From Nitrospirales bacterium (lineage in GTDB: Bacteria; Nitrospirota; Nitrospiria; Nitrospirales; UBA8639): a stretch of DNA of 64,000 nt. Positions 51,321 through 62,511 of the stretch are shown piece by piece. Every line of letters starts with the position of its first letter. Position 1 is the first letter of the stretch. The notes beneath the pieces are model-generated. The model ran no database searches. It had not been told where the DNA came from and was given only the letters and a program-made list of their open reading frames with translations. Position numbers and translations under genes: made by a program. Where the stretch lies: contig CBDBCZ010000019.1 of the NCBI GenBank assembly GCA_965203295.1, forward strand, positions 2,592,001-2,656,000. Reading direction: 5' to 3'.

Positions 51321-52136
51321 ATGTTTGGGACCCTAGGCTTTTCAGAAATCATTATCATATTGGTCATTGTCCTCATCATTTTCGGTGCTGGACGGCTTCC
51401 TCAGATTGGTGAAGGGGTTGGCAAGGCCCTAAAAGGATTTAAGAAAGAGGTTCAAGATGTTCCCCCTCCATTCGATCCCAATGCGACAGCACCGCCGTCA
51501 GCGGTTCCGGAAGAACAGAACCATGCCACTCCAGCTCAAGCCACAGAACCTATCAGTGGTGGGACTCCTTTAGCTCCTGGCACCCCTCAGGCTCATCAAT
51601 TAGGGACCGAGCAAACTCCCGGAACCACAGCGGCTTTGTCTTACAGTGGGATTCGTCCTGAACCTGTTCAACCAGCCCAACAACAAGTCGCACCTCCTCC
51701 CCAGACCGTGTCACCCCAACCTGTAGATACTTTACAACCGGTAAGCATGGAACAACGAACGACGGCTCCTCCTCCTCAACCGAAAGCCCAATATCCTCCT
51801 CTTCCTCCCTCTGCTCGAGCGACTCCTGGTTCGAAGCGACCATCGGCTGTTGTCAACAAGGATGCGGTGGCACGGGTACAAGCTCAGCGGGCCGCTATGC
51901 AAGCCAATGCTGCCCAAAAATCGGGGGGCGGCACCGATGATTTACAGAGCATGGGTGAAGGGCTCGGGAGTGCACTTCGAACATTTCGTCAAGCCACGGC
52001 TGATGTCAAAAATTCTATTGATCCGGAAATGCGAACCATTCAGGCCGAACTAGAAGCTGCACAAAAGGAAGTGGAGGAATCTATTGAGGCCGCCAAACAA
52101 CCACCCTTACCCAAAGAACCCCCATACTCGACCTAA
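51321..52136 (+). CDS. tatA: TatA/E-family subunit with long Pro/Gln linker and second amphipathic helix
   Basis: LGFSEIIIILVIVLIIFGAGRLPQIGEGVGKALKGFK N-terminus. Confidence 0.88.
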   Translation: MFGTLGFSEIIIILVIVLIIFGAGRLPQIGEGVGKALKGFKKEVQDVPPPFDPNATAPPSAVPEEQNHATPAQATEPISGGTPLAPGTPQAHQLGTEQTPGTTAALSYSGIRPEPVQPAQQQVAPPPQTVSPQPVDTLQPVSMEQRTTAPPPQPKAQYPPLPPSARATPGSKRPSAVVNKDAVARVQAQRAAMQANAAQKSGGGTDDLQSMGEGLGSALRTFRQATADVKNSIDPEMRTIQAELEAAQKEVEESIEAAKQPPLPKEPPYST

Positions 52137-53031
52137 GAAGTTGTTAAACCGCTCAACGTTCTCACGTTTCGAGACCTCTCTCAAAAACCAGATATTTTCC
52201 CAAAATTATACAACTGGAAAAGTCAGCTCGAGAAAACTATTTTTCTCTCATGTTTCTGCCCTTACCTCCATTCTCTTTGGCTTTGTGTTCTTTGGTTTCT
52301 TCGGATTGTGGGGCTGCCAGGCCCAATCAGATCGGAATACACCACAGATCGTCACTTCGCATCTTGTCAAATTATTACAAGATCCTAGTCCTGATGTACG
52401 ACGAACAGCTGCCCAATCATTAGGAAAAATCGCCGATCCTACAGGCGAGCAGGCTTTGGTCAAAGCCTTAGAAGATCTGGATCCTCAAGTCCGGGAATAT
52501 AGCGTCTGGGCGCTAGGACAGATTGGAGAGGAAGTAGACAATACGACCGCTCTTGCCTTGCTCAAGGCCCTCGGTGACACACAGTCTAATGTCAAAAGGG
52601 CAGCCGCTTCGGCCTTAGGTAGGATTGGAACTCGACAGGTAGTTGTCGAACTTCTCACAGAAGCCATCCGGATGAGGGAGACCGAAATGCTACGGTACTC
52701 GGTGGAAGCTCTTTCCGAACTTGACAGCCCTTCGGCCTATGTGGAGTTGATCTCTGCCCTGAACGTCTCTGATGCCAGAATCCGTCAAGTGGCCATTGCG
52801 GCCTTAGGGGAACTTGGGGATCCCCGAGCGTTGCCAGCTATTCGAAACCGGCTTCTACAAGATCCCGACATTGGAGTACGAACCGAGGCTGCCTTTCGTC
52901 TTGGGAAGTTAGGTGATCAAAATGACCGGCCTGCCTTACTCCAGGCTGCAGAGAGGGACCCGGATCCCCTCGTTCATTTTTGGTCTACATGGGCAATCGC
53001 CATGATTGACTCCTCGTCCAACTCGCACTGA
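52084..53031 (+). CDS. HEAT-repeat (PBS lyase-like) protein, probable lipoprotein
   Basis: Repeated L.D....VR..AA.ALG.IG; hydrophobic stretch plus LWGC lipobox; true start likely downstream of 52084. Confidence 0.85.
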   Translation: MRPPNNHPYPKNPHTRPKKLLNRSTFSRFETSLKNQIFSQNYTTGKVSSRKLFFSHVSALTSILFGFVFFGFFGLWGCQAQSDRNTPQIVTSHLVKLLQDPSPDVRRTAAQSLGKIADPTGEQALVKALEDLDPQVREYSVWALGQIGEEVDNTTALALLKALGDTQSNVKRAAASALGRIGTRQVVVELLTEAIRMRETEMLRYSVEALSELDSPSAYVELISALNVSDARIRQVAIAALGELGDPRALPAIRNRLLQDPDIGVRTEAAFRLGKLGDQNDRPALLQAAERDPDPLVHFWSTWAIAMIDSSSNSH

Positions 53032-53177
53032 AAAGGCCTTGGGGAATAGACTGAGTGGAGCCTCCCGCCATTCATCCCACCCTTCCAGGTGGAGCATTCA
53101 GGCGAAGGAAGAGTAACCTGGAAGCATGCCGAGCTTCAGCGCTGAGATGAAAAAAAAGAGAAAATCAGCTTGAAGCC

Positions 53178-55175
53178 CTAGAATGTCTTAGGGTCGGCTA
53201 AAAAACTCATCGCTAATCGAATTTGTGGACGGGTGCCTAATAAGACCACGACATCTCCAGGCTCTAAGGATATTTTTTTGTATGAAGAGGAATACGTTGT
53301 GCCTGCTCTTGTGAGGGCCAGGATTGAGGCTCCAGATCTTTGCCTGATAGCGAGATCAGCCAATGATCTCCCTAAAACTGGAGAGTCATCCTCGATTCTG
53401 CACGTTTCGACCTCAACATCCAGAAGAGTCCCAGCCCGAAGATGATGAGCCAGCTCAGGAAGTTCACCCCGACGTAACAGGGAATACCCTTCACGGCGGA
53501 CCTGCTCGGCCTTCTCCACAATAAAGTCCTGTGGGAGCTTATAGGTTTGAAGCACTAAGGTAAAAATTTCTATAGAGGTTTCAAATTCCTCTGGAACCAC
53601 TTCGTTCGCACCAAGATCATGAAGCTCATCCAATTCCTTTAAATAACGAGTCCGTACGACAATATGAAGAGAAGGGTTAAGTTTGCGAGCCAGTTGGACC
53701 ATTCGTCGCGCGCCAAAGGGATCCGAAGTAGCGATGACCAGAACCCGCGCTGATTCAATCTGCACTTTTCGAAGAACAATTGGATTCGTCCCATCACCAT
53801 ACAAAATCGGGATGCCGGTCCCGACTTCCAATTTGATGACCTCTCCTCGGTATTCCAGAACCACAAAGGGAATTTCGACTTCCCGGAGAACGTGTGCCAG
53901 ATTTCGTCCATTGAGCCCATAGCCTACAATGATGACGTGATCTTGAATTTTTAAAGGCGGGGAGTCTTCACGATACGTCAGGCGTCCAGGCAACCAATGT
54001 TGTAATCGTTGGATCGCTTCAGTCCGACGGGCTATGCGCGGGGCCCACTGGATAAGAAAAGGCGTGATAATCATCGTCATCACTGAAACCGACAAGAAAA
54101 TGTTATACGCATCCCTACTTAACAGTTCATATTGCTGCCCTTCTTGAGCGAGAATGAAGGCGAATTCTCCTACTTGAGCCAGAGCGATCCCCGAAAGAAT
54201 AGCGGGTCTGAAGGGAACTCCTGCTACCAGAACTGCGCCTGTTCCTGTCAGAAATTTTCCCAACAACACAGTGACAATAAGGAACATGATCAAGATCGGG
54301 TGACTGAGAAGGATGCGAAGATCCATGAGCATGCCAATGGAAACGAAAAATAGGCTATTAAAGCTATCCCGAAAGGGGAGAATTTCTGCCAAGGCTTGGT
54401 GGCTGTATTCGGATTCAGAAATCAGCAGCCCTGCAATAAAAGCTCCTAAGGCTAAAGAAAGTCCAGCCAAAGAGGTGACCCACGCAGTCCCGAGCCCAAG
54501 AACCACAATGGTCAGTAAGAACAGTTCTCGACTTCGGGTCCCCACGATGTGCTCAAGGAGTTTTGGAACGACGACACGAGCGGCAATGACAATAATGACC
54601 ACGAGGGCCACAGATTGAAGAAGAGTAATCAGAACTCGCCCAGACCCCTCAGATGCCTGGTCACTTAGTAATGGGGTCAAGAGCATCATGCCCACAACCA
54701 CCAGATCCTGAAAAATTAAGATGCCAATGGTGGAGCGTCCATGAAGCGTGTCATTCTCTCGACGTTCAGCCAACGCTTTGAGGACAATGGCCGTACTGCT
54801 CAGTGAGAGCAATAAACCCCAGAAAATGGCCTCACGATAGGGAAGGCCAAACGCCATTGCCCCAATAAGAACGAGAAACAGCACTCCGCTGACTTGGACA
54901 GGGCCTCCGATTAAAAACAGGCTGCGCGAAGCTTTCAAATGGGCGAGGGAGAATTCCAGTCCAATGGTGAAAAGGAGAAGCACGATCCCAATTTCTGCAA
55001 GATCCTGGACCTGATCTCGGTCTGAGATGAGGTTCAGACCAAAGGGTCCAACCAATGTCCCCGCTACCAAAAATCCAGCAATCGAAGGTAATCGAAGCTT
55101 CTGAAAAATGAAGACAATCCCGATCGAAACAGAAAAAATGATAAGGACGTCACGGAGGATGTTGGCTTGGTCCAT
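53178..55175 (-). CDS. CPA2 cation:proton antiporter with TrkA-N and TrkA-C domains (Kef-type)
   Basis: LLFTIGLEFS, SLSSTAIV, FQD, QVGEFAF, IVGYGLNG. Confidence 0.93.
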   Translation of the reverse strand: MDQANILRDVLIIFSVSIGIVFIFQKLRLPSIAGFLVAGTLVGPFGLNLISDRDQVQDLAEIGIVLLLFTIGLEFSLAHLKASRSLFLIGGPVQVSGVLFLVLIGAMAFGLPYREAIFWGLLLSLSSTAIVLKALAERRENDTLHGRSTIGILIFQDLVVVGMMLLTPLLSDQASEGSGRVLITLLQSVALVVIIVIAARVVVPKLLEHIVGTRSRELFLLTIVVLGLGTAWVTSLAGLSLALGAFIAGLLISESEYSHQALAEILPFRDSFNSLFFVSIGMLMDLRILLSHPILIMFLIVTVLLGKFLTGTGAVLVAGVPFRPAILSGIALAQVGEFAFILAQEGQQYELLSRDAYNIFLSVSVMTMIITPFLIQWAPRIARRTEAIQRLQHWLPGRLTYREDSPPLKIQDHVIIVGYGLNGRNLAHVLREVEIPFVVLEYRGEVIKLEVGTGIPILYGDGTNPIVLRKVQIESARVLVIATSDPFGARRMVQLARKLNPSLHIVVRTRYLKELDELHDLGANEVVPEEFETSIEIFTLVLQTYKLPQDFIVEKAEQVRREGYSLLRRGELPELAHHLRAGTLLDVEVETCRIEDDSPVLGRSLADLAIRQRSGASILALTRAGTTYSSSYKKISLEPGDVVVLLGTRPQIRLAMSFLADPKTF

Positions 55176-55413
55176 AAAGGTAGCTTTGATCTTCTCTTTT
55201 AGGGTTATTGATGGACCCTACTATACTGGACTCATGCCTTGTGTCAAAGGTCCGAAGGTATGTCTAGACGGAATTCAAAAGCTTAATCATTCCACTGAGG
55301 TGCCAGTCTCCAGGGCGGGAAGAGGCCGAGGTCAACAAAAAGGCGATGGGGAAACGGACGTTTCGAACATGTAACCAGAGAGAATCGTGTGGGGGAAAAG
55401 CTGATAACGCCAT

Positions 55414-56037
55414 TTAGACCGAGAGATCTTGAAAAAGCCAAGGAGAGTCAGTCTTCCGGCGTTGCTCATAGGCCGTGATGTCTTGCTCATGTTGGAGGGT
55501 CAGCCCAATCGCATCGAGTCCTTGCAACATGCAGTTTTTTTGAAAGGGGTCGATATCAAAAGTCAAAGATTGCCCATCGGGAGTCAGGACGGTTTGATTC
55601 TGTATATCGATAGTGAGCTGATACCCTTCTTTCACATTCATGGCTTCAAAAATGGTCTGAATTTCTTGAGACATCAGCGTGACGGGCAAGATACCATTTT
55701 GGAAACAGTTGTTCCGAAAAATGTCGGCAAAGCTTGAGGCAAGAATTGCGCGAAATCCGTAGTCTAACAATGCCCAAGGGGCATGTTCACGTGACGAACC
55801 GCATCCAAAGTTATCCCTCGTCAACAGAATGGATGCTCCCTCATAACGAGATTGGTTCATAAAGAAATCAGAGTTCGGCGTCCCATCTTCATGCTGTCGC
55901 CAGTCAGCGAACAACCCTTCTTTCAATCCTGTCCGATGAATGGTTTTGAGGAATTGCTTGGGGATTATTTGATCAGTATCCACATTGACCCGATCCAAGG
56001 GGGCGACTAAACCGGTGAGTATCGTAAATGCTTGCAT
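55414..56037 (-). CDS. leuD: 3-isopropylmalate dehydratase small subunit
   Basis: NVDTDQIIPKQFL, NFGCGSSREHAPWAL. Confidence 0.97.
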   Translation of the reverse strand: MQAFTILTGLVAPLDRVNVDTDQIIPKQFLKTIHRTGLKEGLFADWRQHEDGTPNSDFFMNQSRYEGASILLTRDNFGCGSSREHAPWALLDYGFRAILASSFADIFRNNCFQNGILPVTLMSQEIQTIFEAMNVKEGYQLTIDIQNQTVLTPDGQSLTFDIDPFQKNCMLQGLDAIGLTLQHEQDITAYEQRRKTDSPWLFQDLSV

Positions 56038-56112
56038 GGATGGATGCTCTCCTTAGGTCTTACGCCAACACGTGGTGTGGCATTCTTCTTCCTTGAGGAC
56101 GTTTTAACAGTT

Positions 56113-57516
56113 TCATCCCCAATGGCGAATGTCAACAAAATGACCGGCGACAGCCGCAGCCGCCGCCATGGCTGGAGAAACCAAATGGGTTCGGCCACCT
56201 TTCCCCTGACGGCCCTCAAAGTTTCTATTACTGGTGGAAGCACAACGCTCCCCTGGTTTAAGTACATCGGCATTCATCGCGAGACACATACTGCACCCCG
56301 ATTCGCGCCATTCAAACCCAGCTTTTCGAAACACCTCATCGAGGCCTTCATTTTCAGCTTGTCTCTTGATAAGACCCGATCCAGGAACCACCATGCCGTG
56401 TACGCCTTTCGCGATTGTTTTCCCTTTCAGATGGCTGGCTGCAATTCTCAGGTCTTCAATCCTCGAGTTGGTGCAGGAACCGATGAAGACCCGATCAATT
56501 TTAATTTGTTCAATAGGGGTGCCCGGTTGGAGTCCCATATAGTCCAATGCCTGTTGGGTTGCCTTTTGTAAAGTTTCATCGGTCAGTTCTTGGGGGTCCG
56601 GAACCTTTCCATTCACTCCAGTGACCATACCAGGATTAGTGCCCCATGTCACTTGGGGAGCGATCTTCTCAGCTTGCAAGAACACAACGGTATCATAATG
56701 AGCCAGGGGATCCGTTCTGAGGTTTTCCCATGAAGAACGAGCCTGCTCAAAAAGATTCCCCTTTGGTGCGAGTGGACGGTCCTTCAGGTACGAAAAAGTG
56801 GTGGCATCCGGCGCCACTAGACCTGCTCGCGCTCCCCCTTCAATGGACATGTTACAGAGAGTCATTCGCCCTTCCATGGAAAGAGCTTGAACAGCTGACC
56901 CGGTATATTCAATGACATGCCCTGTTCCTCCTGAGACCCCGATATGGCCGATAATGGCTAAAATCAAATCCTTCGGGGAACATCTTGCTGAAAGAGTTCC
57001 AGTGACGCGGACCTCCATGGTCTTGGGACGTTTTTGAACCAAGCATTGCGTTGCAAGAACATGTTCTACTTCACTGGTTCCAATTCCAAAGGCCAGGGCA
57101 CCAAAGGCCCCATGAGTAGATGTATGGGAGTCTCCACACACAATGGTCATACCAGGAAGCGTGAGCCCTTGCTCAGGCCCAATGACATGAACAATCCCTT
57201 GTCGTGGATCATCCATGTTAAAAAGTGTGATCTGAAAGCCTTCACAATTTTCCTCTAACTTATCAATTTGAATCTTGCTCATGGGGTCGGTAATGCCTGC
57301 CTGCCGATCGGTCGTGGGAACATTGTGATCGGGTACAGCTAAAATAGCGGCTGGGCGTCTCGGACGACGACCGGCCAGTTTCAACCCTTCAAATGCCTGA
57401 GGTGAGGTCACTTCGTGCACAAGGTGACGGTCGATATACAACAGCGTGGTGCCATCCGAATCTTCTCGAACCACATGAGAATCCCAAACTTTCTGGAATA
57501 AGGTTTTCGCTGCCAT
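56113..57516 (-). CDS. leuC: 3-isopropylmalate dehydratase large subunit
   Basis: [48 protein letters not shown] before ATG 57516. Confidence 0.97.
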   Translation of the reverse strand: MAAKTLFQKVWDSHVVREDSDGTTLLYIDRHLVHEVTSPQAFEGLKLAGRRPRRPAAILAVPDHNVPTTDRQAGITDPMSKIQIDKLEENCEGFQITLFNMDDPRQGIVHVIGPEQGLTLPGMTIVCGDSHTSTHGAFGALAFGIGTSEVEHVLATQCLVQKRPKTMEVRVTGTLSARCSPKDLILAIIGHIGVSGGTGHVIEYTGSAVQALSMEGRMTLCNMSIEGGARAGLVAPDATTFSYLKDRPLAPKGNLFEQARSSWENLRTDPLAHYDTVVFLQAEKIAPQVTWGTNPGMVTGVNGKVPDPQELTDETLQKATQQALDYMGLQPGTPIEQIKIDRVFIGSCTNSRIEDLRIAASHLKGKTIAKGVHGMVVPGSGLIKRQAENEGLDEVFRKAGFEWRESGCSMCLAMNADVLKPGERCASTSNRNFEGRQGKGGRTHLVSPAMAAAAAVAGHFVDIRHWG

Positions 57517-58107
57517 GCTTTCCTCCTCAAAGTTCTTGAGAATACGTATAATGCATCGTTTGATTAAAATCTTGCAAGCCTCTTTCTTTCCCTGCGATTT
57601 GGAGCATTCTGAAAAGCGCTGTTCCCCTCTGGACAGCAAACGGTGACGATGATCGTCGAGAGTCAAGTTCCAGTTCCATCATCCTGTCTCCTTTTGTGGT
57701 CCCATAGTCCTTCTGGTATACTTTCTGAGTTGTTTAGGTTACATTCTCTCTCTTTCGTTGGGGATTGAACCTGGGCAAGAGTCTAGGGAAGAAATGCTTT
57801 GTCTCGCGCATCCTAAAGCATAAGGACATGGGCTAGTCAGCCGCGATCCTTCCTGTCAGAGGACATGACATCTTGCCTTGGTGTCACCTTTCGGTGAGAT
57901 TGTTCCTTCCTTCATCTGGTCAGAATGTCTGTGCGACTTTCCGAAAGGTTGCCTCTCTGTCATTTACAATCTAGGCCTTAGCCGGATCAGACTATATCGT
58001 GGACCAATGAGATCAAGAAATGATGAATCGTGCGAAAGTAAACCGCGGATGGGTTTGGCAAGCAATTCGTGAGAGAAGGGGAAAATTGATGAGTAGGAGG
58101 ATGTATT

Positions 58108-59151
58108 GTGGGCGCATTTAGTTGCCTGTTAAGTTTTTTTTCCAAGGATATGGCCATTGATTTGGGCACATCTTCCACGTTGGTGTGTGTTCAAGACAGA
58201 GGAATTGTTCTTAACGAACCGTCTGTCGTTGCCATTGAAAAACAAACGAATAAAATTTTGGCAGTAGGTGCAGAAGCCAAAAAGATGGTGGGACGGACAC
58301 CTGGGAATATTATGGCCATCCGTCCCATGAAGGACGGGGTCATCGCGGATTTTGAAATGGCCGAACGAATGCTGCGGTATTTTATCACAAAGGTCCATAA
58401 CCGAAGATCCTTTGTGAGACCGCGAATCATCATTGGCGTCCCCTCTCGCATTACTCAAGTCGAACAACGAGCCGTGAAAGAATCGGCTGAGTTAGCTGGG
58501 GCTCGCGAAGTCTACCTGATTGAAGAGCCGGTGGCCGCTGCCATTGGTGCAGGACTTCCGATCACCGAACCCTCTGGGAACATGGTCGTTGATATCGGAG
58601 GTGGCACCACTGATATTGCCGTGATTTCCTTGGGTGGCATTGTCTATAGCGAATCGGTCAAAGTGGCAGGTGACCAACTTGATTGGGCGATTGTGTCATA
58701 CATTAAGCGTGAATATAGCTTGCTCATCGGCGACCACATGTCCGAGCAGGTAAAAAAGCAAATTGGTTCCGCCTATCCATTACCAGAGAAATCTCAAATG
58801 ATGGTGAAGGGTCGTGATTTGATTACAGGAATTCCTCGGACGATTGTTCTTGAAGACACAGAGATCCGCGAAGCCTTGCAAGAATCTATTTCGACCATCG
58901 TGGCGGCGATAAAAGTCGCGTTGGAAAATACCCCTCCTGAATTAGCGGGGGATATCATCGATCGTGGAATTGTTCTCACTGGTGGAGGCTCACTATTAAA
59001 AGGGCTGGATTCGCGATTACAGGATGAAACCGGTTTGCCAATCGTCACAGTCGATGATCCATTAACCTCTGTTGTACTGGGGGTAGGCCAAACGTTGGAG
59101 GAGCTGACTCTGTTGCGAAGTGTTGCCTCCATGTCCTCATTCAGGAAGTGA
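58108..59151 (+). CDS. mreB: Rod shape-determining protein MreB
   Basis: IDLGT, EPSVVA, DIGGGTT, LTGGG. Confidence 0.97.
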   Translation: MGAFSCLLSFFSKDMAIDLGTSSTLVCVQDRGIVLNEPSVVAIEKQTNKILAVGAEAKKMVGRTPGNIMAIRPMKDGVIADFEMAERMLRYFITKVHNRRSFVRPRIIIGVPSRITQVEQRAVKESAELAGAREVYLIEEPVAAAIGAGLPITEPSGNMVVDIGGGTTDIAVISLGGIVYSESVKVAGDQLDWAIVSYIKREYSLLIGDHMSEQVKKQIGSAYPLPEKSQMMVKGRDLITGIPRTIVLEDTEIREALQESISTIVAAIKVALENTPPELAGDIIDRGIVLTGGGSLLKGLDSRLQDETGLPIVTVDDPLTSVVLGVGQTLEELTLLRSVASMSSFRK

Positions 59152-59165
59152 CGTGACCCAACGAC

Positions 59166-60068
59166 ATGACTGGCTGGCTTCGCCCTTTCATTTTGGTCAG
59201 TTCTGGCATGAGGCGGACACTTTTGGTCCTGTTGGTGATCACGTTTTTGATTCTCGCTCTCCTTCCCCGACAAACCGAAAAAATCCTTCAAGTTGTTAGT
59301 CGGCCCATCGCCGATCTTCTTGCCGTCCCCATCAAAGGATTGGCTTGGGTGGATCGAAATATTCGCGAGGCTTGGAATCGATATTTGGCCCTACAGGGCG
59401 TATATGAGCAAAACCTGTTACTGAGGGAAAAAGTTCAAATCCTGCAAGGGGAAATCAACAGCTTGCGAGAAGAGGCTATGTCCTCAGAACGGTTAGCCGC
59501 ACTGCTGGAATTTAAAACAACCAGTGATGTAGAGACGATTGTAGCGCGAATCATTGGGCGCAATGCTTCCAATTGGTACCAGACGGTGGTGTTAGATAAA
59601 GGCGAGAAAGATGGGATTGAAATAGAAATGGGAGCCATCACCCCTGCTGGGGTCGTGGGACAGGTGGTGAAGGTGGCTTCTTCAACCAGCATTGTTTTGC
59701 TGTTGACCGATCCGAATGTGGCTATCCCAGGTTTCGCGCAGCGCACACGAGATGAAGGCATTGTTCAGGGTACTTCACAAGGGTTGATTCATATGAAATA
59801 CATTCCCCCTCTCTCACCAATCCAAAAAGGGGATACGATTGTGACTTCCGGGCTCACTGGGGGATTCCCCAGGGGAATCCTGATTGGACAAGTTCAGGCT
59901 GTACAAACCCAGGAGGGAGATCTCTTTCAATCAGCGGCTCTTAGTCCCGCGGTCAACTTTTCGAAATTGGAAGAAGTCCTTATCATCACTTCTCCTAAGC
60001 CAACAGAACGCCTGGAAGCTACAGAAGAAACCTTGACGGCACCTGATGTCCCAAGAGGCAATCCATGA
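59166..60068 (+). CDS. mreC: Rod shape-determining protein MreC
   Basis: TM, coiled coil, DKG..DGI, GVVGQV, TSGL.G.FP.GI. Confidence 0.95.
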   Translation: MTGWLRPFILVSSGMRRTLLVLLVITFLILALLPRQTEKILQVVSRPIADLLAVPIKGLAWVDRNIREAWNRYLALQGVYEQNLLLREKVQILQGEINSLREEAMSSERLAALLEFKTTSDVETIVARIIGRNASNWYQTVVLDKGEKDGIEIEMGAITPAGVVGQVVKVASSTSIVLLLTDPNVAIPGFAQRTRDEGIVQGTSQGLIHMKYIPPLSPIQKGDTIVTSGLTGGFPRGILIGQVQAVQTQEGDLFQSAALSPAVNFSKLEEVLIITSPKPTERLEATEETLTAPDVPRGNP

Positions 60069-60553
60069 AGGCCCTTCTGTATTCTGGGTTGCTTTTCTTT
60101 CTTGTCCCCTTGCAAGTGACGGTTGTTCCTTCCCTGACTCTTTGGGGAATATCTCCGGATCTCTGTTTGGTGGCAGCCTGTATTGTGGGGTTTTGGTTCG
60201 GCCCTCTGGTTGGAGGAGCGTTAGGTGGTGCATTAGGTTTTGGTCTGGATACGTTCTCGGCGAGTGGCATTTGGCTCAATACGGTTAGTAAAGCCGCAAT
60301 CGGTTTTTTGTGTGGACAATTGGGAAAAAACCTCTCTCGTACCACGGCTGGCTCGATCTTTTTACCAATTTTGGCATTTTCTTTCTTTTTAGGTGTGGTA
60401 TTTTTGGTATCTTCTAGAAGAGGATTGAATTTGGTGGATTTTTTCAATGGTGTCCCTTCCATTATTTTTCCGCAAGCGATTCTGGATGGAATTCTTGGAG
60501 TCACTGTCAATTGGGCTTTCGGACGCGGTGGTCTTAACGAATCCAAAATTTAG
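60065..60553 (+). CDS. mreD: Rod shape-determining protein MreD
   Basis: Hydrophobic, PDL motif, located after mreC. Confidence 0.88.
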   Translation: MKALLYSGLLFFLVPLQVTVVPSLTLWGISPDLCLVAACIVGFWFGPLVGGALGGALGFGLDTFSASGIWLNTVSKAAIGFLCGQLGKNLSRTTAGSIFLPILAFSFFLGVVFLVSSRRGLNLVDFFNGVPSIIFPQAILDGILGVTVNWAFGRGGLNESKI

Positions 60554-60630
60554 CGGCCACCGCATCATCCGTACAATCAAACGACAGATCACTGAGTCAA
60601 CTCCTTGATCGTTCTCTTTATAGTGAGAAC

Positions 60631-62511
60631 ATGGCTGAAAATGGGTTGAAGTCTTCAGAATTGTCTGAAGTTCACCAACGCCTGGTATTTCTGAAGGTTG
60701 GCGTGGTGGTTCTCATCGGGTTATTGGTCCTTCGTCTGTGGCAATTGCAAGTACGGGATGGACCTTACTATCGAGATCTTTCGCAGGACAATCGAACGCG
60801 AGCGGTCCTGTTACGCCCTGCACGAGGGTTAATCTACGACCGCAACGGCGTCCTTCTGGCCAATAATGTCCCCAGCTTTAATCTGTATGTTGAGTTGAAG
60901 GATGTGAAAAACCGTCAACACATGGCCATGCAACTTGAGAACCTGTTGGGGTTTAGCAGCAAAGATATTGTCGAGATGGTTGAGGCGAAAGGAAAAAGAA
61001 CCCGCGTGAAACTCAAAGGAGGGTTAACCTTACGAGAAGCTGCATTGATTGAATCCCATCGTCTGAATTTGCCTGGAGTGGTCATTCAACCAGAATATCA
61101 ACGGAATCATCCACTTGGTGCCTATGCGGCTCACTTGGTCGGATACGTAGGTGAAATTTCCGAAGAACAGTTAACCCAAGAACCGTTTCAGGGACTTCAT
61201 CAGGGAAGTATTATCGGACAGTATGGTATTGAACGAATGTACGATACCCTACTCAGAGGTCAGGCTGGGAGAAAGATCATTGAGGTGGATGCTCTCGGGC
61301 ATGAAAAGCGCACCATTTCTGTAATGAGCCCTCAAGCAGGAAATGATGTGTATTTAACCATTGATTTTCGTTTACAACAATTGGCAGAAGATCTTCTCGA
61401 TGAAGAAGCCGGAGCCATTGTCGCTCTGGATCCACGAAATGGAGAAATTCTTGCCCTTGCCAGTCGTCCAAATTTTGATCCGAATGCGCTTTCAAGAGGA
61501 TTGAATCCTCGAGATTGGAGAAAGCTTTTAGAAGACGACAGGCACTCCTTTACGAACCGAGCTACTCAGGGTCAGTATCCGCCGGGCTCGACCTTCAAAA
61601 TTATCGTGGCCGCGGCAGCGCTGGAATCCAATACCATTGATCTGAGTGATACGATCCGTTGTCGTGGGGGATTCCGTTTTGGAAAACGGATCTATCGGGA
61701 TTGGAAAAGGGGTGGACATGGTACTGTTGATTTGGTCCAAGCCATGGCCCATTCTTGTGATGTGTATTTCTATAAAATTGGCCACCGAATAGGTATCGAA
61801 ACCATCGCAGCGTTTGCTCATGAATTTGGACTTGGCCAAAAAACCGAGGTGGACCTACCCTCGGAGGAAGAGGGAATTGTCCCTTCACCGACTTGGAAAA
61901 AAAAGCTGAAGAAGAAACCATGGTATCCCGGGGAGACGATTTCCGCTTCCATTGGACAAGGCTATGTGACGGTGACTCCGATACAAATGGCACAAGTGAT
62001 TGCCACAATGGCCAATAACGGAATCTCATATAAGCCTAGGGTCCTCCGTGCGATTCTCCATCGAAGCAGCGGGAGGCTTGATGAGAGACCAATTGCGCCA
62101 GGGCGCCGTTTGCCTATTGCGATAGAACGGTTAGAAAGCATCAAAAAAGGGCTTCTTGCCGTGGTGACCGATGGGACCGCTCGAACGGCCCGATCATCAA
62201 TCGTGACCATCGCAGGAAAGACTGGTACTGCACAAGTTGCGGCCCTCCGTAGGGGACAGGAGGAGGATACACCCAAGGAGCTGCGAGACCATGCCTGGTT
62301 TTTAGCTTATGCCCCAGTAGAGCAGCCACGTATTGCTGTTGCCGTGTTAGTCGAGCATATAGGACATGGAGGATCTGCCGCAGCGCCTCTCGCCAAAACA
62401 TTGATCGAGAAATTTGTTAAGCTTGATAATCAAAAGCCAGGAGTTCGAGAAAAAGATCGAATGGAGCGGCAATTCCCAGCAACCTTTAAGGATGAGGCGA
62501 TCCATGGTTGA
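60631..62511 (+). CDS. mrdA: Penicillin-binding protein 2
   Basis: RG.IYDRNG, STFK, SCD, KTG. Confidence 0.96.
   Translation: MAENGLKSSELSEVHQRLVFLKVGVVVLIGLLVLRLWQLQVRDGPYYRDLSQDNRTRAVLLRPARGLIYDRNGVLLANNVPSFNLYVELKDVKNRQHMAMQLENLLGFSSKDIVEMVEAKGKRTRVKLKGGLTLREAALIESHRLNLPGVVIQPEYQRNHPLGAYAAHLVGYVGEISEEQLTQEPFQGLHQGSIIGQYGIERMYDTLLRGQAGRKIIEVDALGHEKRTISVMSPQAGNDVYLTIDFRLQQLAEDLLDEEAGAIVALDPRNGEILALASRPNFDPNALSRGLNPRDWRKLLEDDRHSFTNRATQGQYPPGSTFKIIVAAAALESNTIDLSDTIRCRGGFRFGKRIYRDWKRGGHGTVDLVQAMAHSCDVYFYKIGHRIGIETIAAFAHEFGLGQKTEVDLPSEEEGIVPSPTWKKKLKKKPWYPGETISASIGQGYVTVTPIQMAQVIATMANNGISYKPRVLRAILHRSSGRLDERPIAPGRRLPIAIERLESIKKGLLAVVTDGTARTARSSIVTIAGKTGTAQVAALRRGQEEDTPKELRDHAWFLAYAPVEQPRIAVAVLVEHIGHGGSAAAPLAKTLIEKFVKLDNQKPGVREKDRMERQFPATFKDEAIHG

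Noticed and set aside
57517..57666. 50-aa N-terminal extension of LeuC in the ORF track
   Set aside because: A strong SD and family homology place the start at 57516
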